This document shows positions 19,634 through 32,766 of a stretch of DNA of 64,000 bases, in pieces. The translations under genes were made by a program, and so were the position numbers. The DNA is from Vicinamibacterales bacterium (GTDB lineage Bacteria > Acidobacteriota > Vicinamibacteria > Vicinamibacterales > JAMQPK01), in assembly GCA_963802345.1 (NCBI GenBank), contig CAWDIK010000023.1, forward strand, positions 145,142-209,141, given 5' to 3'. The stretch's first letter is position 1, and every line of letters starts with the position of its first letter. Under the pieces are notes generated by a model that ran no database searches, had not been told where the DNA came from, and saw only the letters and a program-made list of their open reading frames with translations.

Positions 19634-20443
19634 TCATACCTCTTCCGCAAATGAGTCGCGCAGTCGATCGAACAGGAAATAGCCGAACAGGAACAACACG
19701 ACGGAACCCGCGCCGAGGGCGAGCAGCCACTTCCAGTGTCCCGGCGGGCCGCCGGCAGAGCCCGGATCTGCCGGGAAAAACAGAATCTCCTGATAGGTGA
19801 TCGCCAGATGGGTGAACGGATTCAGATTCAGGAACGGCCGAATCTTCTCCGGCGCGTTTTTCCAGTAGTAGATGATCGGCGTGGCGAAGAACCACAACGT
19901 CATCACGTTGCCGAGAATGTCCTTGAGATCGCGGAAGTGCACGGTGAGAGCTGCCAGGATGAGCGCCAGCCCCAGCGTGAGCAGCAGCTGCACGAGCAGC
20001 GCGACCGGAAACCACGGCAGCTCGGCGAGCTCGATCGGCGCATCAAAATAGATCAGAAACGCAATGAGGATCGGCAGGCCAAGCAGGAAGTGAACGAGGT
20101 TCGACAGAACCGTGACTATCGGCAGAATCTCGGCGGGAAACATCACCTTCTTGATGAGGTTGCCTCCCGTAATGAGGACGCTGGACGACTCCAGCAGCGA
20201 GGCCGAAAACCACGTCCACGGCAGAATGCCGCAGAAGAGGAACAGCGCGTAGTTGTGAATGTCCTTGGGCGGCGGCATCACGTACGCGAACACGAACGTG
20301 TACACCAGCAGCAGGAGCAGCGGGTTGACGAACGACCAGAAAAAGCCGAGAACCGAGCCCCGGTAGCGGGCTTTCAGCTCGCGGGACACGAGGCTTTGGA
20401 TGAGGCCGCGATACCGTGGAAGTTGTCGAAGGTTTTCGAACAC
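19634..20443 (-). CDS. ABC-2 type polysaccharide exporter permease (Wzm/TagG-like)
   Basis: 269 aa. N-terminal YRGLIQSLVSRELKARYRGSVLGFFWSFVNPLL is the hallmark of ABC-2 permeases. About 6 hydrophobic segments. Confidence 0.85.
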   Translation of the reverse strand: MFENLRQLPRYRGLIQSLVSRELKARYRGSVLGFFWSFVNPLLLLLVYTFVFAYVMPPPKDIHNYALFLFCGILPWTWFSASLLESSSVLITGGNLIKKVMFPAEILPIVTVLSNLVHFLLGLPILIAFLIYFDAPIELAELPWFPVALLVQLLLTLGLALILAALTVHFRDLKDILGNVMTLWFFATPIIYYWKNAPEKIRPFLNLNPFTHLAITYQEILFFPADPGSAGGPPGHWKWLLALGAGSVVLFLFGYFLFDRLRDSFAEEV

Positions 20444-20468
20444 GCTTCGTGTCTTAGCGTCTTCGTGG

Positions 20469-20903
20469 TTACACGCGCGTGCGGGCTCTCGTGGAGACTT
20501 GCAGCCGGACGAGCGACTTCATCAGCGCGAGGCGAGCGCGCTCGAAGTCGATGTCGGGCGCCGGTTTCGCAATCCGCTCTTCCGCACGGCGCTTGGCGGC
20601 TTCGGCCCGCGCCACGTCGATCTCGTCGGCCCGCTCGGCGAGCTCGGCAAGGATCGTGACGCGGTCGGGCAGCACTTCGGCGAAGCCGAACGCAATCGAC
20701 AGATAGAACTTCTCGGCGCCTTTCCGGTACCACAGTTCGCCGACCTTGAGCGTCGCGAGCAGCGGCGTGTGCCCCGGCAGGACGCCAAAATACCCTTCGG
20801 CCCCCGGGATCTCGACCTCGTCGACCTTATCCGCCACGACAGACCGATCGGGGGTCACGATCTCGAGCGTCAGGTGTGTAGGGAGTGCCGGTATGTCTGC
20901 CAT
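20469..20903 (-). CDS. atpC: F0F1 ATP synthase subunit epsilon
   Basis: LTLEIVTPDRSVVADKVDEVEIPGAEGYFGVLPGHTPLLATLKVGEL... followed by a helical C-terminal domain. Confidence 0.9.
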   Translation of the reverse strand: MADIPALPTHLTLEIVTPDRSVVADKVDEVEIPGAEGYFGVLPGHTPLLATLKVGELWYRKGAEKFYLSIAFGFAEVLPDRVTILAELAERADEIDVARAEAAKRRAEERIAKPAPDIDFERARLALMKSLVRLQVSTRARTRV

Positions 20904-20911
20904 TTTCTATG

Positions 20912-20987
20912 CTCCACCGCCACGACGCGCAACGCCGCTAAGGTTTTTTCAAGAAATTCGTTGCGTCGTCGCGTCGTTGCGGTGAGA
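20912..20987. repeat. Family A intercistronic palindromic element (copy 2)
   Basis: CTCCACCGCCACGACGCGCAACGCC ... TTGCGTCGTCGCGTCGTTGCGGTGAGA, between atpD and atpC. Confidence 0.65.
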
Positions 20988-20995
20988 CGACGCGT

Positions 20996-23469
<2,474 letters not shown>

Positions 23470-23471
23470 CG

Positions 23472-24992
<1,521 letters not shown>

Positions 24993-25000
24993 AATTTTTA

Positions 25001-25045
25001 TCCGCATGGGGCCCCACCCCCATGCGCCTGCCGTCGCTTACGCTC
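25001..25045. repeat. G/C-run hairpin element upstream of atpA (copy 1 of 2)
   Basis: TCCGCATGGGGCCCCACCCCCATGCGCCTGCCGTCGCT. Compare 25666-25710, TCCGCGTGGGGCCCCGCCCCCACGGCAGCTGCCTTCGCT. Confidence 0.55.
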
Positions 25046-25114
25046 CGGATCTTGAAGTGAACGCCTGTCTGCTTGGCCTACATTAGGCAGCCCGCGTTGT
25101 CGCCGGGGCGCCGG

Positions 25115-25658
25115 TTACGTCGTTAATCTCTCTCTGATCTTCTTCAACTGCGTCGCGATGCTCGCGTCGTACACCGTGCTGCCGACGCGCGCGACGACTC
25201 CGCCGATGATGTGCTTTGTCGACCTTCGCCGTCATCGACACGCGCTTGCCGGTCATCGTCGCGAGCCGCTGCTCAATCGCGTGAAGGCGGTCGGTCGACA
25301 GGGGCTCCGCGCTGGTCACCTCGGCGCGAACCACATTCTGCCGATCGGCCAGCAAATCGTGATACGCCGCCGCGATCTCCTCGAGCAGCGAGAGGCGGTC
25401 GCGATCGGCCAGCAGGATGAGCAGCTTCGATACGATCGGGGTGAACCCCGATCGCTGCGCGATTTGCTCCATCGCGGCTCGCTTGCGCGGCGCCGGGACC
25501 GCCGGGTTCAGCATGAGGCCCTTCAGCGCGGGCTGTTGCTTGAAGAATGCGATGAATTCGTCGAGCTCTCGGGCGAGCTGTTCGAGGTCCGCCGATTCCT
25601 TGGTGGCGACGTCGAGCGCGGCGCGAGCGTAACGGGCAGCGGCAGTGCGGCTGGTCAT
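25115..25658 (-). CDS. atpH: F0F1 ATP synthase subunit delta; one frameshift (~25210) as assembled
   Basis: N-terminus [18 protein letters not shown]...[17 protein letters not shown].... The canonical C-terminus [31 protein letters not shown] is present in a different frame, ending at TAA 25115-25117. Confidence 0.8.
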
Positions 25659-25665
25659 TGTTTGG

Positions 25666-25710
25666 TCCGCGTGGGGCCCCGCCCCCACGGCAGCTGCCTT
25701 CGCTCGTGAC
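25666..25710. repeat. G/C-run hairpin element upstream of atpH (copy 2 of 2)
   Basis: GTGGGGCCCCGCCCCCAC core at 25671-25688 with flanks similar to 25001-25045. Confidence 0.55.
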
Positions 25711-25848
25711 GGCCCCGATTCTGAGTCCTACTCGACTCCGGCTCGGTAATCAGGACGCGCGTCCCGCTTGAAGCGACGTGTGTGCTTGCGCCAAATTTCA
25801 CAAGCGCAAAACATCCATTTATACCACGAAAAGCGCCTTTCAGCGCCC

Positions 25849-26706
25849 TCACGACGTCAGATGTTCGTAGAGGCGGTGCAGCTCGTCTTCGGAGGTGAAA
25901 TCAATCTCTATCCGGCCTCCTTTGCCCCTGCGCGCAATGCGCACCCGCGTCCCGAGCGTCATCCGCAGCTTCTCTTCCGCGGCCCGGGTGTGCACGTCGC
26001 TCGATGAGGGCGCTCTTCGCGTGGCGGATGCGTCGCGACCCATCCGCTTGACCATCGTTTCGGTCTCGCGTACCGACAGATTGCGGGCGATTACTTCGCG
26101 GGCGACCTGGCGTTGGGCCCCCTCGTCCTCGAGCGCGAGGAGCGCCCGCGCATGTCCCATCGAAAGGCGCCCACCGGCGACTTCGGCGCGAACCTCCTGC
26201 GGCAGCTTCAGCAGGCGCATGTGGTTTGCGACCGACGAGCGGTCCTTGCCGACAGCGGCTGCGATTTCCTCCTGCGTCAGGCTGAATTCGCTGCTCAGCT
26301 TTTCGTACGCGGCCGCCTCATCGATCGGGTTCAAGTCTTCGCGCTGGATGTTCTCGATGAGCGCCATCTGGAGAAGCTGGGCGTCCTGGCCGGCGCCAAC
26401 ATCCTTGACGACAACGGGCACGCGGGTGAGCCCCGCGCGCTGGGCAGCGCGCCAGCGGCGCTCGCCCGCGATGATGCGGTAGCCGCCATCGACCTTTCGC
26501 ACCACGATGGGTTGGATGACGCCGTTGGCTTTGATCGACTGTGCGAGCTCGTCGAGGCGCGCGTCCTCGAATCGATGCCGAGGCTGGTGGTCGCTCGGCG
26601 AGATCTGGTCGACGTCGACGTCCGTCGTGCCGCCACCCGGCCGCACGTCCGGCACATCCGGGATGAGCGCGCTGAGCCCTTTGCCAAGCGCAGGTCGTTT
26701 TTCCAT
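25849..26706 (-). CDS. parB: Chromosome partitioning protein ParB (Spo0J)
   Basis: MEKRPALGKGLSALIP..., ParB box IQPIVVRKVDGGYRIIAGERRWRAAQRAGL, and HTH LTQEEIAAAVGKDRSSVANHMRLLKLP. Confidence 0.92.
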   Translation of the reverse strand: MEKRPALGKGLSALIPDVPDVRPGGGTTDVDVDQISPSDHQPRHRFEDARLDELAQSIKANGVIQPIVVRKVDGGYRIIAGERRWRAAQRAGLTRVPVVVKDVGAGQDAQLLQMALIENIQREDLNPIDEAAAYEKLSSEFSLTQEEIAAAVGKDRSSVANHMRLLKLPQEVRAEVAGGRLSMGHARALLALEDEGAQRQVAREVIARNLSVRETETMVKRMGRDASATRRAPSSSDVHTRAAEEKLRMTLGTRVRIARRGKGGRIEIDFTSEDELHRLYEHLTS

Positions 26707-26718
26707 AAATCCTCTCAG

Positions 26719-26794
26719 CTTTCACCGCAGAGACGCTACGACGCTACGAGATCGATTCATTCTGTTCTTGCGCCTTTGCGTCTTTGCGTTGAGG
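26719..26794. repeat. Family A intercistronic palindromic element (copy 4)
   Basis: CTTTCACCGCAGAGACGCTACGACGCTACGAG ... CTTGCGCCTTTGCGTCTTTGCGTTGAGG. It spans the parA stop and the parA-parB spacer. Confidence 0.65.
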
Positions 26795-27578
26795 CACGCG
26801 AATCTCTGGCCAGGAATTCTCGCGCGAGGGCGTTATACGCCTCCGCGCCCTTTGATTTTCCGTCGTAGACCGTCACAGGCAGCCCATGGCTCGGCGCCTC
26901 CGCAAGGCGGACGTTCCGGGGAATGACGGTCTCGAAAACCTTCTCTTTGAAGAACTCGCGCACGTTCGCTGCGACCTGCGCGCCAAGATTCGTCCGCTCG
27001 TCGTACATCGTCAAGAGCACGCCGTCGACGTCGAGCGCTGGATTCAGCCCCGCCCGCACGCGGCGGAGGGTCGTCATGAGATCGGCGAGGCCCTCGAGGG
27101 CAAAGTATTCGCAGTGCAGCGGGATCATCACCGATTCAGCGGCGACGAGCGCGTTCAGCGTCAGCAGCCCGAGCGACGGCGGGCAGTCGATGAAGATGTG
27201 GTCGAATCGGTCGCGAAGCGGCGTGAGGAAGCGGCGCAGCTGCGACTCGCGGCCAGGCAGTGCGACCATCTCGATTTCGGCGCCTGTGAGATTCCGATCG
27301 GCGGGCAGGATGAACAGATTCGGAAGAGTGGTCGCGAGGATGAAGTCGTCTGGCTGTTTCAGCGCGCTGCCGTCAGTCGCGGTCAGCACGTTATAGATGG
27401 TTCCGCCGGGCGCGGTCTTTCCTCGCAGCCCAACGCCGCTGGTCATGTTGGCCTGGGGATCGACATCCACCAGAAGAACCTTTCGTCCGTGGGATGCGAG
27501 GGCCGCTGCAAGGTTGATCGCGGTTGTGGTCTTGCCCACTCCGCCCTTTTGATTGGCTATTGCCTGGATCTTATTCAT
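26757..27578 (-). CDS. parA: Chromosome partitioning ATPase ParA (Soj)
   Basis: [28 protein letters not shown]...LLVDVDPQ (deviant Walker A). The ATG is at 27578. The same ORF is open upstream into rsmG. Confidence 0.9.
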   Translation of the reverse strand: MNKIQAIANQKGGVGKTTTAINLAAALASHGRKVLLVDVDPQANMTSGVGLRGKTAPGGTIYNVLTATDGSALKQPDDFILATTLPNLFILPADRNLTGAEIEMVALPGRESQLRRFLTPLRDRFDHIFIDCPPSLGLLTLNALVAAESVMIPLHCEYFALEGLADLMTTLRRVRAGLNPALDVDGVLLTMYDERTNLGAQVAANVREFFKEKVFETVIPRNVRLAEAPSHGLPVTVYDGKSKGAEAYNALAREFLARDSRASTQRRKGARTE

Positions 27579-27598
27579 CCTAAAAGACTTGCATATAA

Positions 27599-27616
27599 AT
27601 TGGTCGCGTGACCAAT
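27599..27616. promoter_or_regulatory. 7-4-7 inverted repeat ATTGGTC-GCGT-GACCAAT ~20 nt upstream of parA start (operator candidate)
   Basis: The perfect 7-bp arms are seen directly. The role is inferred only from its position. Confidence 0.3.
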
Positions 27617-27678
27617 ATCTGAGTCTATGACGCTCAAGGATCGAGGAAGAATACTCCACCTTGCAGATGGATTCCACT

Positions 27679-27694
27679 TGTTCCACGTGGAACA
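27679..27694. promoter_or_regulatory. parS centromere-like site TGTTCCACGTGGAACA
   Basis: Perfect 16-bp palindrome matching the widespread parS consensus tGTTNCACGTGAAACa. It is located at the rsmG-parA junction upstream of parAB. Confidence 0.85.
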
Positions 27695-28343
27695 TCGACT
27701 TATAGCAGACGGCTTCCGCAGGATTTCCAACCGACTTCCCCACTGCCTGAGCAAGGTGATGGCTTTCGCCAGCCTCAAGGTGAGGAGCGCCCAGCGCAGC
27801 AGTGGAGGCGATTGTGCCGAATAGGAAGAGTGACCCTCCAGGCTTGATGAACGACTGGACCTCCGACAGCGTCTTTCGGTCGATGCGGACGGCCCTCATC
27901 GTCACGACATCGATAGCGTCATGGAGCGTTGGCCGGGCAAGCAGTTCCTCAGACCGAACGGCATCGACCGACGTGCGATCCAGGTCAAGAGTGCGCACGA
28001 CTTCCCGTAGGAACGCAGCTTTGCGCGTTTTTGACTCGACCATCCGCAGCGCCATTTCAGGTGCGGCTATTTTCATCGGAATCGCCGGAGACCCGCCGCC
28101 GGACCCGATGTCCAGGACTTCTGCATCCGGCCTCGGAAGGTATTTGGCGGCGATGACAGGCTCGACCAGCAGCCTGTCGATTGCCTCGTCGCCTTCTTCA
28201 TCAACAGGCAGGGAAGTCAGGGAGACCTTGCGGTTCCATTTCCTGAGCAGTTCGAAATAGTCGCTCAGACCCGCGATGGCAACCTCGGATAGCGGGACGC
28301 CGGCCTTGGAAGCACGCTTCGCGAGCCTTTCACGAATTTGCAC
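27695..28343 (-). CDS. rsmG: 16S rRNA (guanine527-N7)-methyltransferase RsmG (GidB); no in-frame stop before parA as assembled
   Basis: [13 protein letters not shown]...[18 protein letters not shown]...[14 protein letters not shown]...VTMRAV...[10 protein letters not shown]...GESHHL. The 3' end is uncertain: the frame continues through parS (MFHVEQ) into parA. Confidence 0.8.
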
Positions 28344-28357
28344 GCTTTGAGCATATT

Positions 28358-30195
28358 TCAGAACGTGCGCGATACGTAAGTAGACAGAACAGCGGCCGCG
28401 GCGGGCGTGACGCCAGGGATCCGTGTTGCCTGGCCGATGGTCTCTGGCTTCACTTGCGTGAGCCTCTGGATCACCTCGGAAGAGAGCCCAGGAATAGAGC
28501 TGTAGGGAAACTCTCGCGGGATTCGACGATGCTCGTCGCGCGACCGACGCTTGATGTCCGATTCCTGGCGTTTGAGGTACCCCTCGTATTTCACGGCTGT
28601 CTCAACGCTGGGAATATCGAGCGCGGCTTTGCGGTTGCTCAAGCCCAAACCCACGGTCCGATAGATCGCGGAGTCGTGAAGATGGCTGTCGAAGCCACTG
28701 CTCCACGCTCATCGTGACGCCGGGCTCTTTGATTGTGGCCTCGCGTATCCGCGCCAGGTTCCTTGTGAAGCGTTCCTCGCGGCCGTGATAGCACTCCCAC
28801 CTTACGTCGTCGACGAGACCCACTTGCCGACCCCGCGGCGTGAGCCGCAAGTCAGCATTATCGACCCTCAAGAGCAGACGATACTCCGCCCTCGAAGTAA
28901 ACATGCGATATGGCTCCAAGCACCCGCATGTTATTAGGTCATCTACCATAATTCCGATATAGGCCTCACTGCGGCAGAGCGTGAACGGCGGCGACTCCGT
29001 CACCCGCAGCGCGGCGTTGATTCCTGCAACGAGGCCTTGGGCAGCCGCTTCCTCGTACCCGGACGTCCCATTGATTTGACCGGCAAGAAACAGCCCGCGC
29101 ACGCGTTTGGTCTCGAGCGCGCTGGTCAACTCGGTCGGCTGAATGAAGTCGTACTCCACCGCGTACGCCGGACGCAGCATCCGCGCGTCTTCGAGCCCGC
29201 GCATCGCGCGCACAATCTCGAGCTGCACGTCCGCGGGCAGGCTCATCGAGAAACCGTTGAGGTAGATCTCGTCGACGTCGACCCCTTCAGGTTCCAGGTA
29301 GATCTGGTGGCGCTCGCGCTGCGGAAACCGCACGATCTTGTCTTCGAGCGACGGACAGTAGCGGGGGCCGATCCCCTGGATCTGTCCGTTGAACAGCGGC
29401 GACTTGTCGATGTTCGCCAGGACAATTTCGCGCACGCGGTCGTTCGTGTGGGCGAGATAGCACGGCGTCTGCACGACATCGAGCGATTCCGTCAAAAAAG
29501 AAAACGGTACTGGCGGATCGTCGCCCGGCTCGAGCGCGAAACTGCCGTCGGCAACGGCGCGATCGAAGTCGATCGAATGGCGATCGAGACGCGGGGGAGT
29601 GCCGGTCTTCAAGCGGCCGCACGTAAATCCGAACGACTTCAGCGACTCGGCTAGCGCGCGGGACGGCGGCTCGTTCGCGCGCCCGGCCGGGCGCGTCTCA
29701 GGTCCGACGTGCACAAGACCGTTCAAGAATGTGCCCGTGGTGATCACGAGCGCGTCGCAGCCGTACCTCGGGCCGTCTTCGAGCGCGAGGCCTGTCACGC
29801 GGCCGTCCGACACGAGAATCTCGCCGGCCCTGCCGAAAATCCACTCGATGTTTTTCTCCGCGCGAAGCGCGGCGAGCATCCACTGCGCCGTAGCGTTTCT
29901 TGTCGGCCTGCGCGCGCGGCGACCATACAGCCGGGCCCCGGCTCCGGTTGAGCACCTTGAACTGAATGCCGGTGGCATCGATCGCGCGCGCCATCAACCC
30001 GCCGAGCGCGTCAATCTCGGCGACGAGATGTCCCTTTGCCGTGCCGCCGATCGCCGGATTGCACGGCATGTGCGCAACCGTATCCTCAGACAACGTGCAG
30101 ATCGCGACGCGCCGCCCAAGACGTGCGGCGGCGTATGCCGCTTCGCATCCTGCGTGTCCCGCGCCTATCACGATCACGTCGTACTGTTCAGCCAT
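28358..30195 (-). CDS. mnmG: tRNA uridine-5-carboxymethylaminomethyl modification enzyme MnmG (GidA); two frameshifts (~29888, ~28640) as assembled
   Basis: [20 protein letters not shown]...[11 protein letters not shown] | [11 protein letters not shown]...[11 protein letters not shown]...[11 protein letters not shown]...[19 protein letters not shown]...[11 protein letters not shown]... | ...[11 protein letters not shown]...[14 protein letters not shown]. Each junction is explained by a single-nt indel. Confidence 0.9.
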
Positions 30196-30202
30196 GTGTT
30201 TG

Positions 30203-30281
30203 TATCTCAACGCAAAGGCGCAAAGACGCCAAGGTTTCTTTCTAGAGGAAAATCTTCGCGTCTTGGCGTCTCTTTTGAGCA
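30203..30281. repeat. Family A palindromic element (copy 5) immediately upstream of mnmG
   Basis: TATCTCAACGCAAAGGCGCAAAGACGCCAAGG ... CTTCGCGTCTTGGCGTCTCTTTTGAGCA. Confidence 0.65.
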
Positions 30282-30283
30282 TC

Positions 30284-30822
30284 TACGTGCCGCCGGCGGC
30301 GATCCGGGAGCAACGCGAATTGAGCGCGGCATCGGCTGATGCTGACCCAGATGCGCACCCGGGTGCTGCAGCGGATGCGCGCCCTGCTGTTGCGGCAGGG
30401 GCTCGGCGATCCGCCGACGACCCGCTTACGCAGTGCGGCTGGCCAGGCATGGCTGGATCGCTCTCATCCCCCCGCCACAAGCGCAACGCGCGCTGACGAC
30501 GCTGCGGCAGATCGAACGCGATCTCTGCGCGCAGCTCGGCAAGGTGGAAGCCGACATCGACAGCGAGGCGCTCTGCCGACGAGATCGTGCGGCGATAGCA
30601 AACGGTGCATGGCATCGGCAGGTGCTCGGCTTGACGTTGCGCGCGGAAATCGGGGACGTCGACCGCTTTCCGACGCGGCGCATTTGGCCAGTTATGCCGG
30701 CCTGGTCCCGCAGGTCGACAGCAGCGCCAGCCGCACGCACTACGCCCGGATCTCGAAAGACGGATCGCCGTGGCTGCGGTGGGCGTTAGTCGCCGTCGGC
30801 GTACATGCGTTGAGACATCCGA
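30284..30822 (+). pseudogene. IS110-family transposase remnant (C-terminal half only, multiply frameshifted)
   Basis: Pieces lie in three plus-strand frames: YVPPAAIREQREL; LTQMRTRVLQRMRALLLRQGL; LTTLRQIERDLCAQLGKVEADI; LRAEIGDVDRFP; AHLASYAGLVPQVDSSASRTHYARISKDGSPWLRWALV. These match the Transposase_20 region of IS110 enzymes. No DEDD N-terminal domain is present. Confidence 0.7.
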
Positions 30823-32175
30823 TCACTTTCCTATACAAAACCGCGAAAAAATGTGCCGCAGCAGATCGTCTGACGTGCGCTTGCCCGTCACCTCTTCGAG
30901 CGCGGCGCGTGCGTCTTGAAGATCGGTCAGGACGAATTCTTCGGCGACCGGACCGCCTGGCGCCTCTACGGCCTCGAGCGCGCGGCGCAGCGCCGCCCGC
31001 GCCCTTTCGAGCAACGCGGCGTGCCGCACGTTCGTCACAGCAGCGGTATCGGGCGCCGTCGCGGGATTCGCCGCTTCCAGCGTCGTCCGCATCGCCTCGC
31101 GCAGACGGTCGAGGCCGAGGCCGGTCTTCGACGACACCGCGATGACGGGCAGATCGTCTACATCCCCCCATGCGGGCGGCAGATCGCATTTCGCGCCCAC
31201 CACGAGCCGCGCCACATCGGCCGTTTCATGCAGCAGATCTCTATCGGTCTCTTCGATCGGGCACGAGCGATCGATGACGAGCAGCACCAGGTCCGCGTTC
31301 AACCACGCCTGACGGGCGCGCGAGACGCCTTCGATCTCCACTTCATCGCTCGTGGCGCGCACGCCCGCCGTGTCGACGAGATCGATCCGGATGCCGTCGA
31401 TGTCTGCGGTGTCGGTCACAAGATCTCGAGTCGTGCCGGGCGTGGAGGTCACAATCGCGCGGCCCGTGCCGAGGAGCGCGTTGAAGAGGCTGGACTTGCC
31501 GACGTTCGGCTTGCCCGCGATCGCCACGCGCGCGCCTTCACGAATCAACCGGCCGCGTGTCACCTCGCACAGCAGCGCGTCGATCGTCCGTTCGATTGCC
31601 CGGAGCGCCATGCCTGTCTCGCCGGCCTCGACGAAGTGGTATCCCTCGTCTGGAAAATCGAGCGACGCCTCGAGCCTGGCGATGAGATCGAACAATGCCG
31701 ACTCGATCGACGCAATCTGCCCGGTCAACGTCCCTTCCAGCTGATCGAAGGCCGCGCGCGCCTGCAACGGAGTGACGGCGTCGATCAGATCCGCGACGGC
31801 TTCCGCCTGCACGAGATCGATCCGGCCGTTGAGAAATGCGCGCAGCGTGAACTCGCCCGGCTCGGCCAGACGCGATCCCGATGCCATCGCCTGAGTGACG
31901 ATCTGCCTCAGCACAACCGGGCTGCCATGCGCGCTGATTTCGACGACGTGCTCGCCTGTGTAGGAGTGCGGGGCGGGGAAGTAGGTTGCGACGACCTGAT
32001 CGCCCTGGGTCCGCGCGAACGTCGCATATCGCGGACGCAGCGGCGCATCCAGTTGCAGCAGCGCGTCCGCGACCTCCGCGGCCGACGGTCCGCTGATTCG
32101 CACCACGCCGATGCCACCGCGGCCTGCCGGCGTCGCAATGGCCACAATCGTGTCGTCGGTGGAGAACATAGCCAT
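30823..32175 (-). CDS. mnmE: tRNA modification GTPase MnmE (TrmE)
   Basis: MAMFSTDDTIVAIATPAGRGGIGVVRISG..., G-domain GKPNVGKSSLFNAL...DTAG..., and the terminal FCIGK motif. The start is placed at 32175; the longer ORF-track N-terminus overlaps jag. Confidence 0.92.
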   Translation of the reverse strand: MAMFSTDDTIVAIATPAGRGGIGVVRISGPSAAEVADALLQLDAPLRPRYATFARTQGDQVVATYFPAPHSYTGEHVVEISAHGSPVVLRQIVTQAMASGSRLAEPGEFTLRAFLNGRIDLVQAEAVADLIDAVTPLQARAAFDQLEGTLTGQIASIESALFDLIARLEASLDFPDEGYHFVEAGETGMALRAIERTIDALLCEVTRGRLIREGARVAIAGKPNVGKSSLFNALLGTGRAIVTSTPGTTRDLVTDTADIDGIRIDLVDTAGVRATSDEVEIEGVSRARQAWLNADLVLLVIDRSCPIEETDRDLLHETADVARLVVGAKCDLPPAWGDVDDLPVIAVSSKTGLGLDRLREAMRTTLEAANPATAPDTAAVTNVRHAALLERARAALRRALEAVEAPGGPVAEEFVLTDLQDARAALEEVTGKRTSDDLLRHIFSRFCIGK

Positions 32176-32233
32176 CAGCTGTCGGCTATCAGCTCTCCGC
32201 TGAAAGCTACTGATAGCTGACAGCTGAGAGCTG
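32176..32233. repeat. CAGCTG/ATAGCTG-word hairpin between jag and mnmE
   Basis: CAGCTGTCGGCTATCAG ... CTGATAGCTGACAGCTG (17-nt arms, 1 mismatch). Confidence 0.55.
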
Positions 32234-32237
32234 GTCG

Positions 32238-32688
32238 CTAACGTTTCTCTGCGGTGATCGTGACGGTCTTGACCGCCGCGTCTCCGATGCTTTCGGAGGT
32301 GACGCCGGGAATTTCCGCAACGGCAAGGTGAACGAGGCGGCGCTCGTAGGCGTTCAGCGGACCGATGCTTTGTTCGATGCCCGATGTCTTCGCCTTCTCG
32401 GCGAGAAACTTCGCCATCTGACGCAGCTCGTTGTCTTTGCCCCGTCGGAAGTCCATGCAGTCGACGAGCAGCCGCTGGTCGCCGAGCTGTTTGCGGAATG
32501 CGCTGTCGACAAGGTGCTGCAGCGCCTGCAGCCCTTCGCCGCGCCGCGCGAGGAGCGCTTCGGCGCCGTCGCCGGCCAGATTGATGCGCGTGCCATCGGC
32601 CGTCGTCTCGACCTGCGCCTCCAGATTGAGGCCCATGTCTTTTACGACCTTCGACGACGAAATCGGCGACCTGCTCTTGTGCGCTCAT
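32238..32688 (-). CDS. jag: RNA-binding protein Jag/KhpB (KH + R3H); one frameshift (~32649) as assembled
   Basis: MSAQEQVADFVVE | VVKDMGLNLEAQVETTADGTRINL...RRGEGLQALQHLV...PLNAYERRLVHLAVAEIPGVTSESIGD. The N-terminal 13 codons are offset by a single extra base. Confidence 0.8.
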
Positions 32689-32700
32689 AGCTGAACTCTG

Positions 32701-32766
32701 CAATCTAGAATCTGCGATCTAGAATCTGGAGATTTCAGATTCCAGATTCTAGTTTTTAGATTTCTG
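32701..32766. repeat. AGAATCT-word palindromic element (family D copy 2) at yidC 3' end
   Basis: CAATCTAGAATCTGCGATCTAGAATCTGGAGATTTCAGATTCCAGATTCTAGTTTTTAGATTTCTG. It contains the perfect arms AGAATCTGGA / TCCAGATTCT. Confidence 0.55.

Noticed and set aside
26757-28343. 528-aa RsmG-ParA fusion protein taken at face value
   Set aside because: ParA has its own ATG and complete N-terminus. The linker is a translated parS and promoter region, and the window contains many other indel-type frame problems. A lost stop codon is more likely, so it is reported as a finding to verify.
32176-32703. 175-aa N-terminal extension of the mnmE ORF (626-aa ORF 30823-32703)
   Set aside because: The extension overlaps jag in another frame and is Arg-rich. 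The canonical MnmE N-terminus MAMFSTDDTIVAIATP starts at 32175.
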